A stretch of DNA of 64,000 bases from Lingula anatina (GCA_051362555.1 CM120640.1:22988225-23052224); one strand, 5' to 3'. Numbered from the stretch's first letter, positions 1 through 12,617 are shown. The notes: generated by a model from the sequence alone, not told the origin. Numbers and translations are program-made.

Positions 1-742
1 TAAACTTCCCATAGCTCTTTTTGTCTAATTTAGATCATTAGATATTATCTAAAAAACACAAAAATAACAAAACACATTAATATTGAGTCTTTCCTGCCGG
101 TCTCCACACCCTGAAATTAGTCATATTCCATGGAGAGGTACTCATGTTGACAACTGCATTGTTTATTCATTACAATCCTATATTAAGGAATGAGGAAGTA
201 GAACATGGTTCATTACTTGACAAACAGTACTCAACAGGATGCTGCTTGTATTTTTTCAACAGTTAAAAGAAACTTCCTACTCATTTTCAGACCTTCCCTT
301 TTAATTTAAATTTCTATGTTGCATTCCCAATTCTTTCTGTTAAAAAAAAAAAAACATAGGTACATGCATTCTTATTTAAAAGGATCCAGTTGAAATATTA
401 TTTATATAGATCTAGATCATATCACTTAAGCTGATCATGAATATTTCAATATGTTAGGTTCACCCAGGCAGGGAAGCATGAAGTGAGAGATCAGTGTCAA
501 GCATGCCACCGTAACAATCACACAGCTAATCAACAATTCAACACTCCATGCACAAGGCTTGGGCAAAATATAATTATCTTAACATTGCTATCAGCTTGCA
601 GCCAAATATCAGTTGTGCCAATAGACAATTACTGTACGTCTAAAAATTTTGAACAATGTGCATGACTGCAATTTTTGCAATGACAACATCATGTTTATAA
701 ATATGCTTATATAAATATCAATTAAATGTAACACCAACAAAC

Positions 743-2020
743 CTTTTGGCAGACTCGGAAGGCGTCGTTTGTTAATTTCTTCTCTTTCCCTCCTTGTAAC
801 TTCATCCTCAAACTCCCTGTGCTTGCTATGGAGCTGAACATGGTCTAATCTTGGTGGCTTGGCTGGGGGCTTCACACCAATTGATGCAAAGGAAGGAAGA
901 GCAATAGACTCATAGCCGTCTCCCTCTGAACCATCAGAAATGTTATTTGAGCTTTGCTTCTCATCAGTTTTTGTTTCTGATGCAGTCTCACATTCTTTTG
1001 GCTTTTTGTAAGATCTTGTAACTTTCGGTGGGAATTCTGAACTAGATTCCTTGTGGTTTATATCAGTTTGATCCTCCAATTTGGATTTTGGACTTTCAGG
1101 TTTATCTGAGTCTCTATCATTTTGTTTATTATCTACATCTTTTTTTGTTTCGATGTCACTTTTTTCTGGTTCATTTTTAATATCTTTTAAAATAGCCTTC
1201 CCCTTAGGAGCAACTGCTGGCTTAGCTGGGAGTAAGGGTTTACCATCATTTTTTAAAACAACATCATTTTTCTGAAATATATCTGGAATCTTTAACTGGC
1301 TATTCCGTTTGTTCTTTGATGTTGAATCCGAGTCCGGAGACACAGCTTGTGATGTTTCAGTTATTTCTGTAGAAGATTCCTGTCTTTTGAAAGAGTCATT
1401 TTCATTGACACTATTACCTGTCTTTTTCAAACTTTTAAGCCTTGATGCAAGTTCGTTATTTACTGATAACTCAACTCCATTATTTTTTGTTGAATTTGCA
1501 ACTGGTTTTGCAGGAAAAGAAGGTTTGACTGCCAAGCTAGGCTTCTGTGCTGTTAATGGCTTAGGCCCAGTTGGTTTAGGTGCTTTCCAAGGTTTTGGTC
1601 CAGTTCCTGGTTTTGTTTGACCAATTCCCTGCTGGTCAAACATGGACTTTAATGCACCAATGCCCACTGGCTTTCTAGATTCTACTCCCTAAGATGAATA
1701 AATACAAAAAATAAAAGACATGACAAAACAAATCAAGAAGTACTTACATCATAACAATCACTATTATATAATGAATACGCTTCTAGATAACTAAAACGCT
1801 TCACAAGTACATATTACAGTACGTAAATGAACTTTAATCACTTCCATACTGGTAAATACACATATACATAAACATAAAATTATTTAGAGGTCTACCATCT
1901 CCATGAGCTATAGTTTATTACTTTGTAGGAATGTAATTAGGTCCTCATGTATAAAACATGATGTTAATACACCCCAAAGTGAATAAAATATTTCACTCTC
2001 AAAATTTAATGCTTTACTAA

Positions 2021-2068
<48 letters not shown>

Positions 2069-3128
2069 ATAAAACACCTGATACACATCACTAAGGCATC
2101 AGAAGATCAAATATGAATAAATAAAAAAACTCATGTACCCAATTTACTTATTAAGTAGAAGTCAGTAGGCCAGCTACAGCTAAGTGAAAGCTCATAACAG
2201 TGCTAACTTTTACCTAAATCTTGAATACAAAAACAGTTCCCATGTACACATACCGGAACAGACACATAATCTCGCCTGTGCCAAGTGATTAAAAAACGTC
2301 ACAAGTCAAGAGTTTCCTGAGCAACATTATCTGATAAGATTACCAGCTTATCCCCAGTATTTACAGTTTCTTTACTTAAGGTCACTATGGGTCTAGAATG
2401 CCAAAGTTATTGACTCTGATATGCATGAGGCTATGTTAACATTTATTGCAATCTCTCTTCTTGTTAAGAAAACATTTTATGAACAATTCCCATATTCGGA
2501 TCGATCTATCTCCCTGGGGAGTCTCACTAAATTGCGTTCAACATAACTGGCTTAACTGTCTGTCTCGTCTAGTAAAGCTGTTAGGGGGTAATTATCTTTA
2601 CCCTAGCTAATTCGGTAGGCGTGACAGACATTTAAGCCTCTTGAGCTGATAGCAATTTAGCATGAACCCCCAGGGAGTTAGGTCAATCCAGATGGATTAA
2701 CATAAGTATGGGAACCCAGTCTTAGATATTGGAAAACAGTTTATTAAAGTCAGTACTCTTGTAAATCTAATACCACCATGTTAAAATAATATATTGTCAC
2801 CTTGACAAGAAACAAGCATATGGGATACATGACATTTGACATATACATATATATTGTAAGTGGTTCCTTGTTAAAATTCTTTTAGGGCTTTGCTCATTCC
2901 TGCTTCTAATGCTTCAACTGTAAAGAATTTGACATGCTTGTTTTTATGCCTCTTGCTGGCATTAATCCTGCTAAGATCTATATTGTCTTCATTTATGAAA
3001 TGTTTAAAACACATGTTAAAGCACAGACTTAAATTCATTTGCTTTTTACTTCCCTATTCTGGCCAAACAATTTAGATACTAAGCGCCTTCTTTTGAACTC
3101 ATTCTAATGGGGGTGTAATGATGTAGGC

Positions 3129-3179
<51 letters not shown>

Positions 3180-4021
3180 TATCTTAAATTTAAGACTTGG
3201 CATACTAATTCTGTACCATACACACAAGTTAACCAACGTCCCTACTATGTGTGTATAGCTACTGGGCCCATATTAAAATATTAAAATATTATTCAAATCA
3301 GACTTTGTATTTTTTCTTTCGTAGTCCAGCAGTGAATAAAGTTTTTTTTCATGTTCCCAACTATTCCCCCCTCTCACTTTGATTACAACTGATTATCTGT
3401 CTGACCGATGGTGATTGTTTTGCTGTAATCGCAGAATTTACGGTCTACGAGGAAAAAAAAATTCTATCAATTTCCATAATCCCAAGGGCCAATGTCTTTA
3501 GAGTCAAAATTTGTATTTCTTACACAGTCCCCATTTAATACCAGTATGCAGGAGACGGGAGGGAGGGCACCAGTAGTAATCGGAGTTGACAGCTACTGAG
3601 TCAGTTGCCGAGTGACTCTTCTCTCGTACTGTACATGTAGTATGCTTTGCTAGGTGTATATCCAGTCCAAGAAAAATGGAGAATAAAGGCTGAGATCAGT
3701 TCTATAACAAATATTAAATATCTGGGAAATGGAGAAAAATAATCACAACCAAATATTTACATGTAAGTATACTGAGTGTATGGCCCGACTGGCAGTAGCA
3801 GTAGTAACAGTGATGAAGTAGAAGAAGTGGTGGAATTACTATATTGCTCCTACTACTAATACATACGGGTTATAAAATAGTAATGTCACTACGAATATAT
3901 TCACTTGAGACATCACTATTTCACTACTAGTATTAGTAAAACAGGTAGTAATACAAAGTCAAATACAGTAAGCGTTAAAATCTTTTCAAGTTCGATAAAC
4001 TATACTTACCGACTGGGACAT
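743..4021 (-). CDS. FYB/ADAP (FYN-binding protein)/PRAM1-like proline-rich adaptor, 5' exons; gene continues left of the window
   Basis: Exon 1 CDS is 4021-4010 (ATG TCC CAG TCG|gtaagt). Exon 2 is 1688-743 (cttag|GGA GTA GAA ... CCA AAA G|gtttgt) and joins in phase 0. The protein starts MSQSGVESRKPVGIGALKSMFDQ and is Lys/Pro-rich. LPSFASIGVKPPAKPPRLDHVQL resembles the FYB-family LPPLFTLGPPPPKPNRPPNVDL motif. The ORF-track tail 609-742 is intron read-through. Confidence 0.65.
2018..2067. repeat. (TAAA)n microsatellite
   Basis: About 12 consecutive taaa units. Confidence 0.95.
2490..2715. mobile_element. Degenerate MITE-like repeat, family copy A
   Basis: Imperfect terminal inverted repeats (gatcgatctatctccctgggg ... 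ccccagggagttaggtcaatcc). The reverse complement matches the copy at 42410-42615. Confidence 0.65.
3132..3178. repeat. (AT)n microsatellite
   Basis: Perfect AT dinucleotide run. Confidence 0.95.
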
Positions 4022-4149
4022 TCTTTCTTCATCAATAAAACACACTCAGTCGATTGTTGTTTTTTAAAAAACGTACATATATAGCGGGCGATGGTCTAAA
4101 TCTTAACTCCAACAAACTTTCATGTTCACTTCTAAAAGCCGATTGCTTG

Positions 4150-4260
4150 TTTATCATACTTCCGGGTGCAGAGGACACGGTTGCGCGTAATACTTCTGCG
4201 CAAGTGGAGGATTTGTGGCTTGTGACTCGGGCATAGGTCTGCGTAGGTCCGTTATGATCA
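4150..4260 (-). promoter_or_regulatory. Probable promoter of the FYB-like gene, with an ETS motif
   Basis: ACTTCCGGG at ~4158-4166 (CCGGAAGT on the minus strand) lies in a CpG-enriched patch ~140 bp upstream of the ATG at 4021. Confidence 0.4.
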
Positions 4261-4752
4261 GTTGCCATTTTACAGCAACAACGTCTGTTATTGTAGAATA
4301 TCGCGCCTCAACAGACATAATAATGATTATAATAAATTTTAGGTCTTTGGTGCATTCAGCGCGTTTTATCGGTGCAGAATATCCAAAACTATCTGAAAAA
4401 AAAACTGGCCACAAAACAAAATTACTCTGGCAATAAAAAGATTAAAAAGAAAAAATAAAAATAAATAAATAAATAAAATCAAAGACAAACATAGTTAAGC
4501 AGCACTAATAGGTTTAGAATAATATTTTACAATAGATCTACACTGTAAATCTTTGCAAAAAATTTTCTTGTAAAGTCTTAGAAGAGTCTACCTGTACAAA
4601 TGTATTTTGCCTGGTCGTTTGTAGGATTTAATACAATTTTTATGGGTTCTGTTTTTTGGTTCACCCTGTAACACAAATAAGAGAATATTTGCAACCCGAA
4701 GAACGTCGATGCTAAAAAGTAGCAAATTGAGTATGGTTCCATTGAATCGACC

Positions 4753-4808
<56 letters not shown>

Positions 4809-4830
4809 GCCTAATCATAATAATAATAAT
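4753..4830. repeat. (AAT)n microsatellite
   Basis: Long aat run, interrupted once; source of the poly-Leu ORF at 4588-4818. Confidence 0.95.
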
Positions 4831-4831
4831 A

Positions 4832-4940
4832 CAGGGGCGGATCCAGGATTTACCTCCCCCCCCCTCTCCCTTGGCGTGAGGTTCGGGGCCTGCTGAAGGG
4901 CCCCGAAATTTCTTGGTAATTTAGAGGGCGAACGGTGGCA
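4832..4940. mobile_element. Truncated non-autonomous DNA transposon end
   Basis: Starts CAGGGGCGGATCCAGGA, a terminus common in invertebrate non-autonomous elements, with an internal hairpin ttcggggcc...ggccccgaa. No matching second end was seen. Confidence 0.4.
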
Positions 4941-6087
4941 TTTGAACTATGAACTATGATTCAGCCAGTCAAATTTCTAATTGCAAGAGGGGGACCATTG
5001 GTGCGATATTTTTCCGGAATTGAAGGGGGGGTCACTGCTGTGGATGGCGTTTGAGGGATTTTCAAGCCCATGGAGTGTACCTTTAAGGTTGAAATTTTTG
5101 TAGTTACTTTTAAAGAAATAACTCATCATTTGTTATCGTTAATAAAAATCTATTAAGTGGCATTTGAGTTTATTTAAAAATAAAAAAATCATGTTTGATT
5201 TCATAGATATATTATTAGATCTCTTGTTAATAAACGTTTTTAACACATGGAAAATAATGAAGGTAACGAATACCCAGCTTACACAGAACGTTTTGATAAC
5301 AGGGTTATATATTGGTTAGACCATCAACAAGTGTTAAGAGAACGTTATTCTACACTGCCACTGTCACCGCCATTGATTCGAGAAACGTTGCCAGCAAGTT
5401 CTATTAAGGTATATAAATTTTGATGAAATTTACAAATTATACATTTTTGTTAATTTTGGCAAAAATACATGAACAAAGGATTTCATATTTTGCATCACTA
5501 CAATTTGCACAACTTTAATCATCACATCTAGTATTAAAACGTTCTAACAGTGTTATAAAAATAAAAAAATATATGTGTCGGTTATATTTACCAATATAGC
5601 AAGGCAGTAGTTGCGCCATACGCTGTCGGTATAACGTTGGGCAACAAGCCTGCGTCATGCCCTGTCTTAACTACACCTAGTGGCTGATTACAAATTGGGG
5701 TTGGGGTTAGTCGGCGACTTGAACGATGAGGATTTAAGAACCCTCGGGCAGTCGGTACCTACCCGAAAGAAAAGGTTTTAAAAAACCTATAAAAATAGAC
5801 TTCATTTATGTAATAAGATTTATCAAAATTATTAAAAAGGTGTTTTCAAGTAATCCTGATAGTTGATTGGCGTTTGTGATGAATTACTGGATTGTTTTAA
5901 CTTCATTTCAGAAAATTCATTCTAATAAATTGCGTACAAGGTCAGCCAAAACAGGAGTAGTGAAAAGGTTTAGCAGTGACATGATTTAAGCAAGTATGGT
6001 CAAATAGTACGCCACGGTCATCTGATTGACAAGTTGGGGGAATACATTCTACTGGAGGGGTAAAGTGGAAAAAAACCACTCAATCTG

Positions 6088-6658
6088 AGGGTTGTCAGGT
6101 GGGGCGGGTCCATTGCATTTGAGGGGTGACAGGTGGGGCGAGTCCATTGCATTTGAGGGGTGACAGGTGGGGCGATTCCATTGCATAAGAGGGGTGACAG
6201 GTGGGGCGATTCCATTGCATAAGAGGGGTGACAGGTGGGGCGATTCCATTGCATAAGAGGGGTGACAGGTGGGGCGAGTCCATTGCATATGAAGGGTGAC
6301 AGGTGGGGCGATTCCATTGCATTAGAAAGGGGTGACAGGTGGGGCGAGTCCATTGCATTTGAGGGGTGACAGGTGGGGCGATTCCATTGCATAAGAGGGA
6401 TGACAGGTGGGACGAGTCCATTGCATTAGAAAGGGGTGACAGGTGGGGCGAGTCCATTGCATTAGAAAGGGATGACAGGTGGGGCGAGTCCATTGCATTT
6501 GAGGGGTGACAGGTGGGGCGAGTCCATTGCATTTGAGGGGTGACAGGTGGGGCGAGTCCATTGCATTTGAGGGGTGACAGGTGGGGCGAGTCCATTGCAT
6601 TAGAGGGGTGACAGGTGGTGTGAGTACATTGCATAAGAGGGGGTGGCAGGTAGGGTGA
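6088..6658. repeat. 34-bp G-rich minisatellite, about 17 units
   Basis: Consensus GGGGTGACAGGTGGGGCGAGTCCATTGCATTTGA. CAGGT cores recur at 6096, 6130, 6164 ... 6646 with a period of 34, sometimes 36. Confidence 0.95.
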
Positions 6659-8534
6659 GACTTGTAATTATCCCAATTTGGTTCAGAGAACAGGAACTGA
6701 AAAAATTGTTCCGTTTTTCCCTCAGAAATAATTTTTTTTGCCAATTTCAGCCGTATCCATTCAATTGTTGACTTGATTTAAGCTTACATCAGAATCATCC
6801 CACATTTTCATTATTACGTTCAAATATCAAATTATTTATACTAAGAATAGGCCGCCAAATTAAAACAATTCACGATAGCAAAATTCAAAACCCGTCAAAA
6901 AGGGACCCTCCCTATATAAGAATAGTTCCACATGCTAAAGAACAAAAGTCTCATGTGAATTTTTTTAAATCCAGGATTGCAAATTTACATAAATTTGAAC
7001 TATAAAATGTAGGTCGTTGGAAACCATTTTAGATATTTTATTTCAGTGCGCTAAAACAGCTTGGAGGGGTTATTTAGAAAATACTGGTCATTTTACAACT
7101 ATTTAAAATTTAGGTATCACAGAAAACCGTCAAACACAAAAACATCGACATTATTTACAGATCAGATTGAATTTGAAAGTCCTCGAACACTAAAAATAAC
7201 TCATTTTCCATTATTATTACTACTATCCTTATCATAATAATTTCATAACAAAGTGAAAAATAAAACGCCAAATTACAAAGCTTTTTTATTGAGTTTTCAT
7301 ATAATAGATGTACGAAGGAGCGTGGGTTCCTGTGTATGAAACAAAGGCTAAACTTTATAGCTTGCTTTCAGGCGGATGCTGTGCAGAATCTCGTTGAGCC
7401 CCTGAAAAGATAAAATAATGTTCATAACTTTGAACTAAATAGACAGGCTCTCTACATTCTAATATTGCATGTAATATCACAAGGCAGAGGGCACATATAA
7501 ATGGAATGGCGTGCACGTTTATTTACTAGTCTGATGTTCAGGTTCAGCTAGCGCAAAACCAAAATTATGATGTGGAATTAGTTAATGATATAACTAATTG
7601 AGGCCTCTTGTTAAAAAAGTAACATTGATAGCACAACCCGTTTCATTTGCAGAGTGGGTGAGGTTATTGCTGCGACCGTTAATATATTCCTCTTTGTATT
7701 AAAAGTTATAACACGTGTTGTAGTACATGTTGGCGCATTTTAGAGAAAGATCATTTACAAATTCTCTCCGAAAATTATAACAAATATAATGCACATACAC
7801 GACACGGCACAATGGAGACGACAGGCTGTGTGAAATATGTATCTGTCAATCATTGTGCAATGAGCACTCGAAATCCTTGGATCAGAAGCTCAAAACGGTG
7901 ACAAGCAGCATCCAATTAATTAATTTGGATGGTAATACTTACATTTGAACACACACGACATTTTGAATTAGGTCAAAATATTCAAAATTAATTGTCAAGG
8001 CCGGGGCATACAAAATGTTCAAACAGAGGGTTGAAAAGTGCAGAGGATTTCAAGCAACCTTAGGTTATCATCAAAAGGCAGATGAATGCGCCGTTTATCC
8101 TGAACATTTGGAGTTCCAATGCACCGTAAGCAATAATTTCTACCATTCTGAGTGACTTACGAGTAACAATGGGAATATAGTAAAAGGATTCATGTCATAA
8201 ATATTTGTCGTAAATATTTTTTCTCACTCTTCTGCGCATTTAGTATGTAATGGCTGCGGTTGATGAAGAAATAGTGATACTCACAAACATACATTTGCTT
8301 CCATGCCTTATAAAAGCTCGACCTTCTATCTGCACCACTGTTGCGTCTACACCCGCCTCTGTCTAACTGCCAAGTGAGCATTCGGGAAGACAGCTCGCAC
8401 TACGATGAACAACTTGTTGTTATGCAAATAGCATGGTCATGGTGGCCTATGGTATTGACATAAATGACTTAGAGCTAGGATTGCATGCCCTCACCAAATG
8501 CTGTTACTTCGTCATTAGTTTATAATGTGGGGAT

Positions 8535-8820
8535 TTTTACCTCCGCCAAGGAGGTTATGTTTTTGGTTCCGTTAGTCTGTCTGTCTGTTAGCAACATTAC
8601 AAAAAAAGTTACGGACCGATTTTGATTAAATTTTCAAGAACCGTCAGAAGTGGGCCAAGGAACAGATGATTAGTTTTTGGTGGTGATCCGGATCATTAAT
8701 CAATCAATAATCAAAAATAAAAAAAAACTAAATCATTGTAGAATGAAGGGGTGAAACGGCATTGGGTGGAGACTCTGCTGCCTTAGCGGTGGTCTGCGCT
8801 CTCGGAGTGTTTTTCTAGTT
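8535..8820 (+). mobile_element. Non-autonomous Helentron-type element (HINE/DINE-1-like)
   Basis: 5' end TTTTTACCTCCGCCAAGGAGGT followed by a (GTCT)n microsatellite. An imperfect subterminal inverted repeat CCTTAGCGGTGGT lies near the 3' end, which terminates in CTAGTT. Confidence 0.8.
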
Positions 8821-10219
8821 AAAGAAAAATACATTTTGTGCACTGCTGAATCATACTTCGTATTTCATAGATCTCTTGGGAAGTGAGACTCATTTTAGCA
8901 AGTACATTGTAATACGTCACACTCACACACGCTCGCGGGCGTGCGCGCGACAGTGAGCGACGCTAAACCTGTCCTTCCAAATTTTAGAGGCTCATAAACC
9001 ACACCGTTACCACAATTAAGAGACCGTTAATAACGCTTTTAATTTCTTAGCGTCTATGACAATCTGACTGTCCAACCGCCCCCCATCACGATATCATATC
9101 ATATAATTTTCACTTAACTGATAGAGAGGGAACAATGGTTGTTTTGCATTTTGACGCAAAAATACAAATTTGTAGGCCTACGTAGAGGTAATCATTTTAC
9201 CTCAAAGTATGTAATATGCCTTTGTCCTACGAACGTTTGTTATAACTCTTTTTTAAAGTGTTACATGTATCTTCAGAACAACACAGAGGGTAAGAGGATC
9301 GCAGAACATCTTTCGTTGAGCATATCGGAAAAAAGGGACAGGAGAGGTACTATGTAAAAGAGCTGAGCAACTACTGTGACAAAAATTGGGATTTGGACTG
9401 CGCTGAGATCGACGTCCCTATTCTGGAATTTTTCGAAAATGTTTTAAACCCTGCCGTGCGACCGAAACACCACAGTCCTGCCACCAGCGCCGCCTGGGAG
9501 TGGTTGGAATGTGTCTTCTGGTCATTTCTTAGATATGTCATAGTGGTAGCCTACTAGTAACGATTATTTGTGTTTATTCAAGGCCGACAGGTAACACCGA
9601 CAGTGTACCGTGAGAGTGGTGATTATACATGTAGCTATTAACATTATAACTTATCTACATGCTTAATGCAGCCGGAGTTTCATTCTAGGTCTCAAAACTT
9701 GTTTGCACACATTTGCTATCGCTAAACTTTATATGATTTTAGATGACTGGCGATTTTCGTGGTTTAGACAAAGCGAGCGATGGAAGAATACAGAGACATG
9801 CGAGTATCCATAGCAACATTTTTTAATGAAGTAAATGATATTCAGTTACCTGCGCGATAATTGTAAAGACTGGTTTATAAGTTAAAGTAGTTCACACATG
9901 ATGGCTTAAGAACATTGCTGTGAAATATTGAGCAGATTCCTAAACTAATCGCACATATATTATACTACATGTACAACTGAAGTTATTCATAATGTACTTT
10001 ATTTTGATAAATAACGTACAGAAAAAAAAGATATAAAAAGTCAAGATAATGAAAACGAGAAAAGAAAAGAAAAGTACTTTTAAAAGAATTAAAAAAGAGT
10101 GATTGCACCGCGTTCTATATTCTCACATTCAAGACTAAAGGAACTAAACGTGTATAGACAACATTCAAGATTATCCAAGAGACCGCTAAATGTATCTCTT
10201 TATATACGAAGTACATAGA

Positions 10220-10412
10220 TATATGTATACAAACTAGGTCCTATGTCTCAAAAAGCTTGAATTATTCTAGCGCCCCCGACTTCATATGTGTTCAACATAG
10301 TATACAGTTTGAATACCAAGTACATATGTACACAAACTAGGTCCTATGTCTCAAAAAGCTTGAATTATTCTAGCACCCTCATCTTCGTATGTGTTCAACA
10401 TAGTATACAGTT
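10220..10412. repeat. ~100-bp tandem duplication
   Basis: caaactaggtcctatgtctcaaaaagcttgaattattctag...ttcaacatagtatacagtttg occurs twice. Confidence 0.9.
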
Positions 10413-11195
10413 TGGTGTAAATAATTGAAACGTGATCACAGATGTGGCGTCGTATCAAGCTATCAAATATTAAAATATAAGCATGGAAAGCAACGTGGCA
10501 TTTCACAATACCGACTAGCCTTGAAGAACTGAAGTATATTTTAGCTGTTCTTGGCTGAAATAACCCCTCCGACAGGTAAGTTTGTTGCTTCAAGAGTTTT
10601 CGGATATATAAACATAGAGAACAACGGTTATATATTCTGATTACTGTAATAAAACTTAAAAATTGATGCTGTGATTCTGTGTTTAGGGTAGATGTATCAC
10701 GTTGAACTGCTAAATATAAAATCTCGTACTTTTCTCATGTTTCGTAATGACGTTAACTTAGCATGATATAATTTACTTGTATGTTGCATTTTCGACGCAA
10801 TTCATTGTTTGTTTTTCTTTTATGAAATATTTTCAGTTAATTGTGTAGTGTTTAAGATAAGTTAACCGTTCTTCTACACACTGGCTCGTTTAGAAGTTGC
10901 ACCTATTTTCTGAATTTCATATTGTTAAATTGATTGTTAAAATGCAAATGTAAGCATACCCTTATACATTCTCAAAAGAGTTTTTTATTGAAAAAATATC
11001 AACCGAAGTAGGACAAAAACATTTCGGGGGCGTATTGAAATTAGTTGCCACGTTTTAAGATAGCAGTCCATTAATTTTTACGCAATGCCTTATCAGTTTT
11101 TCTTGTTACTGTCCTTTTTCCAGTCATCATATATATAAACGGCAGGAAGACTAGGCATATCAGTGACGGGCGGTCTACCTGTCAGCCCAGCGGTC

Positions 11196-12617
11196 ATGGG
11201 TGTGCGAAGAAATTTTACTTCCGTTTTATACGCGGCTAAGAGACGGCCATTATTGATAGCCTTCGTGTTGGTAACAGCTGTTACTTATTTCATAGTGTTC
11301 GATCCATTCAAGTCCACGCAAACTTCACTACGCCTAGGTGCCAGAGACACACGGCCACGAACGTATGTTCACACGTTTAATCTAGGCGGACGAGTGTTCG
11401 GTAACGAGAAAAACTTTAAGGATGTATCTTCGTCTGTTACGACGTCGGTCGTTTTTGAATTTGGAAGGGAGAGCATACGATCGAAATTCGATATGCAATT
11501 TGTTGACGACGTGTATTTAATGTGCCCCGCGATTACCTACAAGGATGACGGCAACATCCAGTTGATTATGCGCATTTGGCTACTGCCAAAGTTGATTGAA
11601 CTAAGGAAATTAAACTCTAGACTCATGAAAAATTACATTATGGGTCAGACCCTGAATTCAAACTACGACCCAGTAACATCTCCAAGAATTTTAGGAATAC
11701 CAATCCCTATGATAGGAGAAGTTGGCGGACCTAACGATCCCAGAGTATTGCATCACAAGGGGGTTTCCTACGTTCTTTTTAATAAATATCTACCTACCAA
11801 CAAAACCTGCGAAGGAAAACCAACCAACGTACAGATTTATCTTTACAACCTAGAAACCGATGAATCTAGGCTGTTGACGATTGAGGGGGATGCTCAGAAG
11901 TGCCGTGAAAAGAACTGGGTCTCGATGATCGTTGACGACAAAGTGTATATTGTGTATTCCCTGGATCCGACCCTCATATTACAATGTGATTTAGCCAAAG
12001 CCCACTGTAAGGTGGAAAACACAGGGAAGTCTTTCCGAGAAGCTTCTGATGACGTCCATTCAGACAAACCACTGCTCCGAGGTAGCACGCCGTATGTCCT
12101 GTATAAATGGCCATATTACATCACTCTGGTGCATACGCGATGGGTTAGCGAATATCATTACGACAAGAACTTTAACTACTTAATCTACGCCATTCACCTT
12201 CTGGTCTTCAATGCACAAACCTACCAAATCGCCTACGTCAGCCAACCTATAGATATGAGCCCCGAATTCATGAACCGACATATGCCATTCTTTGGCCACA
12301 TGCCCAATTCTTTTATATACCCGGTTTCTTTGATTCTAAGGGACTCTGACACTCTCCACACCGGGTTGCATTTGAACGACAGGGATTCGGTCATTGCCGA
12401 AATTAAAGGTCTGGATAATATAATGAAGGAGGTATATGCTTTTGTTAAAAACGACGATAAGCCCACTCCAGGCTTTGTCAGTGAATACATGGCGTCCATG
12501 GATTTGTGGAAGAACATCAAAGTGCCAGAGGAGGCAAAGGCACCGGAAGTTCAACAAGCTATAGAAATAGAAATGAAAGCACTTCAAGCTAAATTAAAAG
12601 CGAAAGGTATTGAATAA
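11196..12617 (+). CDS. Type II membrane protein, beta-mannosyltransferase (GT91/BMT)-like or GH130-like beta-propeller enzyme
   Basis: Uninterrupted 473-aa ORF from the ATG at 11196. Probable 5'UTR intron 10576-11123 (gacag|gtaagt ... tttttccag). A basic N-terminal tail precedes one TM helix (LLIAFVLVTAVTYFIVF). The motifs GPNDPR, EKNW, VYSLDPTLILQC and LRGST appear in the order known from fungal BMTs (GPEDPR, EKNW, YxxxPLxVLKC, LRGGT). Confidence 0.75.
   Translation: MGVRRNFTSVLYAAKRRPLLIAFVLVTAVTYFIVFDPFKSTQTSLRLGARDTRPRTYVHTFNLGGRVFGNEKNFKDVSSSVTTSVVFEFGRESIRSKFDMQFVDDVYLMCPAITYKDDGNIQLIMRIWLLPKLIELRKLNSRLMKNYIMGQTLNSNYDPVTSPRILGIPIPMIGEVGGPNDPRVLHHKGVSYVLFNKYLPTNKTCEGKPTNVQIYLYNLETDESRLLTIEGDAQKCREKNWVSMIVDDKVYIVYSLDPTLILQCDLAKAHCKVENTGKSFREASDDVHSDKPLLRGSTPYVLYKWPYYITLVHTRWVSEYHYDKNFNYLIYAIHLLVFNAQTYQIAYVSQPIDMSPEFMNRHMPFFGHMPNSFIYPVSLILRDSDTLHTGLHLNDRDSVIAEIKGLDNIMKEVYAFVKNDDKPTPGFVSEYMASMDLWKNIKVPEEAKAPEVQQAIEIEMKALQAKLKAKGIE

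Noticed and set aside
609-742. Hydrophobic C-terminus of the 352-aa ORF as a TM segment
   Set aside because: It lies past the splice donor at 742 and is AT-rich intron read-through.
1081-1620. Plus-strand ORFs opposite the FYB-like exon (likewise 11894-12587, 32107-32496 and 38097-38327)
   Set aside because: They are antisense shadows of real coding exons.
4588-4818. Poly-Leu signal-peptide-like ORF
   Set aside because: It is produced by the (AAT)n microsatellite.
6088-6658. CRISPR-like appearance of 34-36-bp repeats
   Set aside because: Units are contiguous with no unique spacers, there are no cas genes, and the context is eukaryotic.
6018-6744. Four overlapping repetitive ORFs (MQWTRPTCHPS...)
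   Set aside because: They are translations of the 34-bp minisatellite; the unit length is not a multiple of three, so the peptides cycle through frames.
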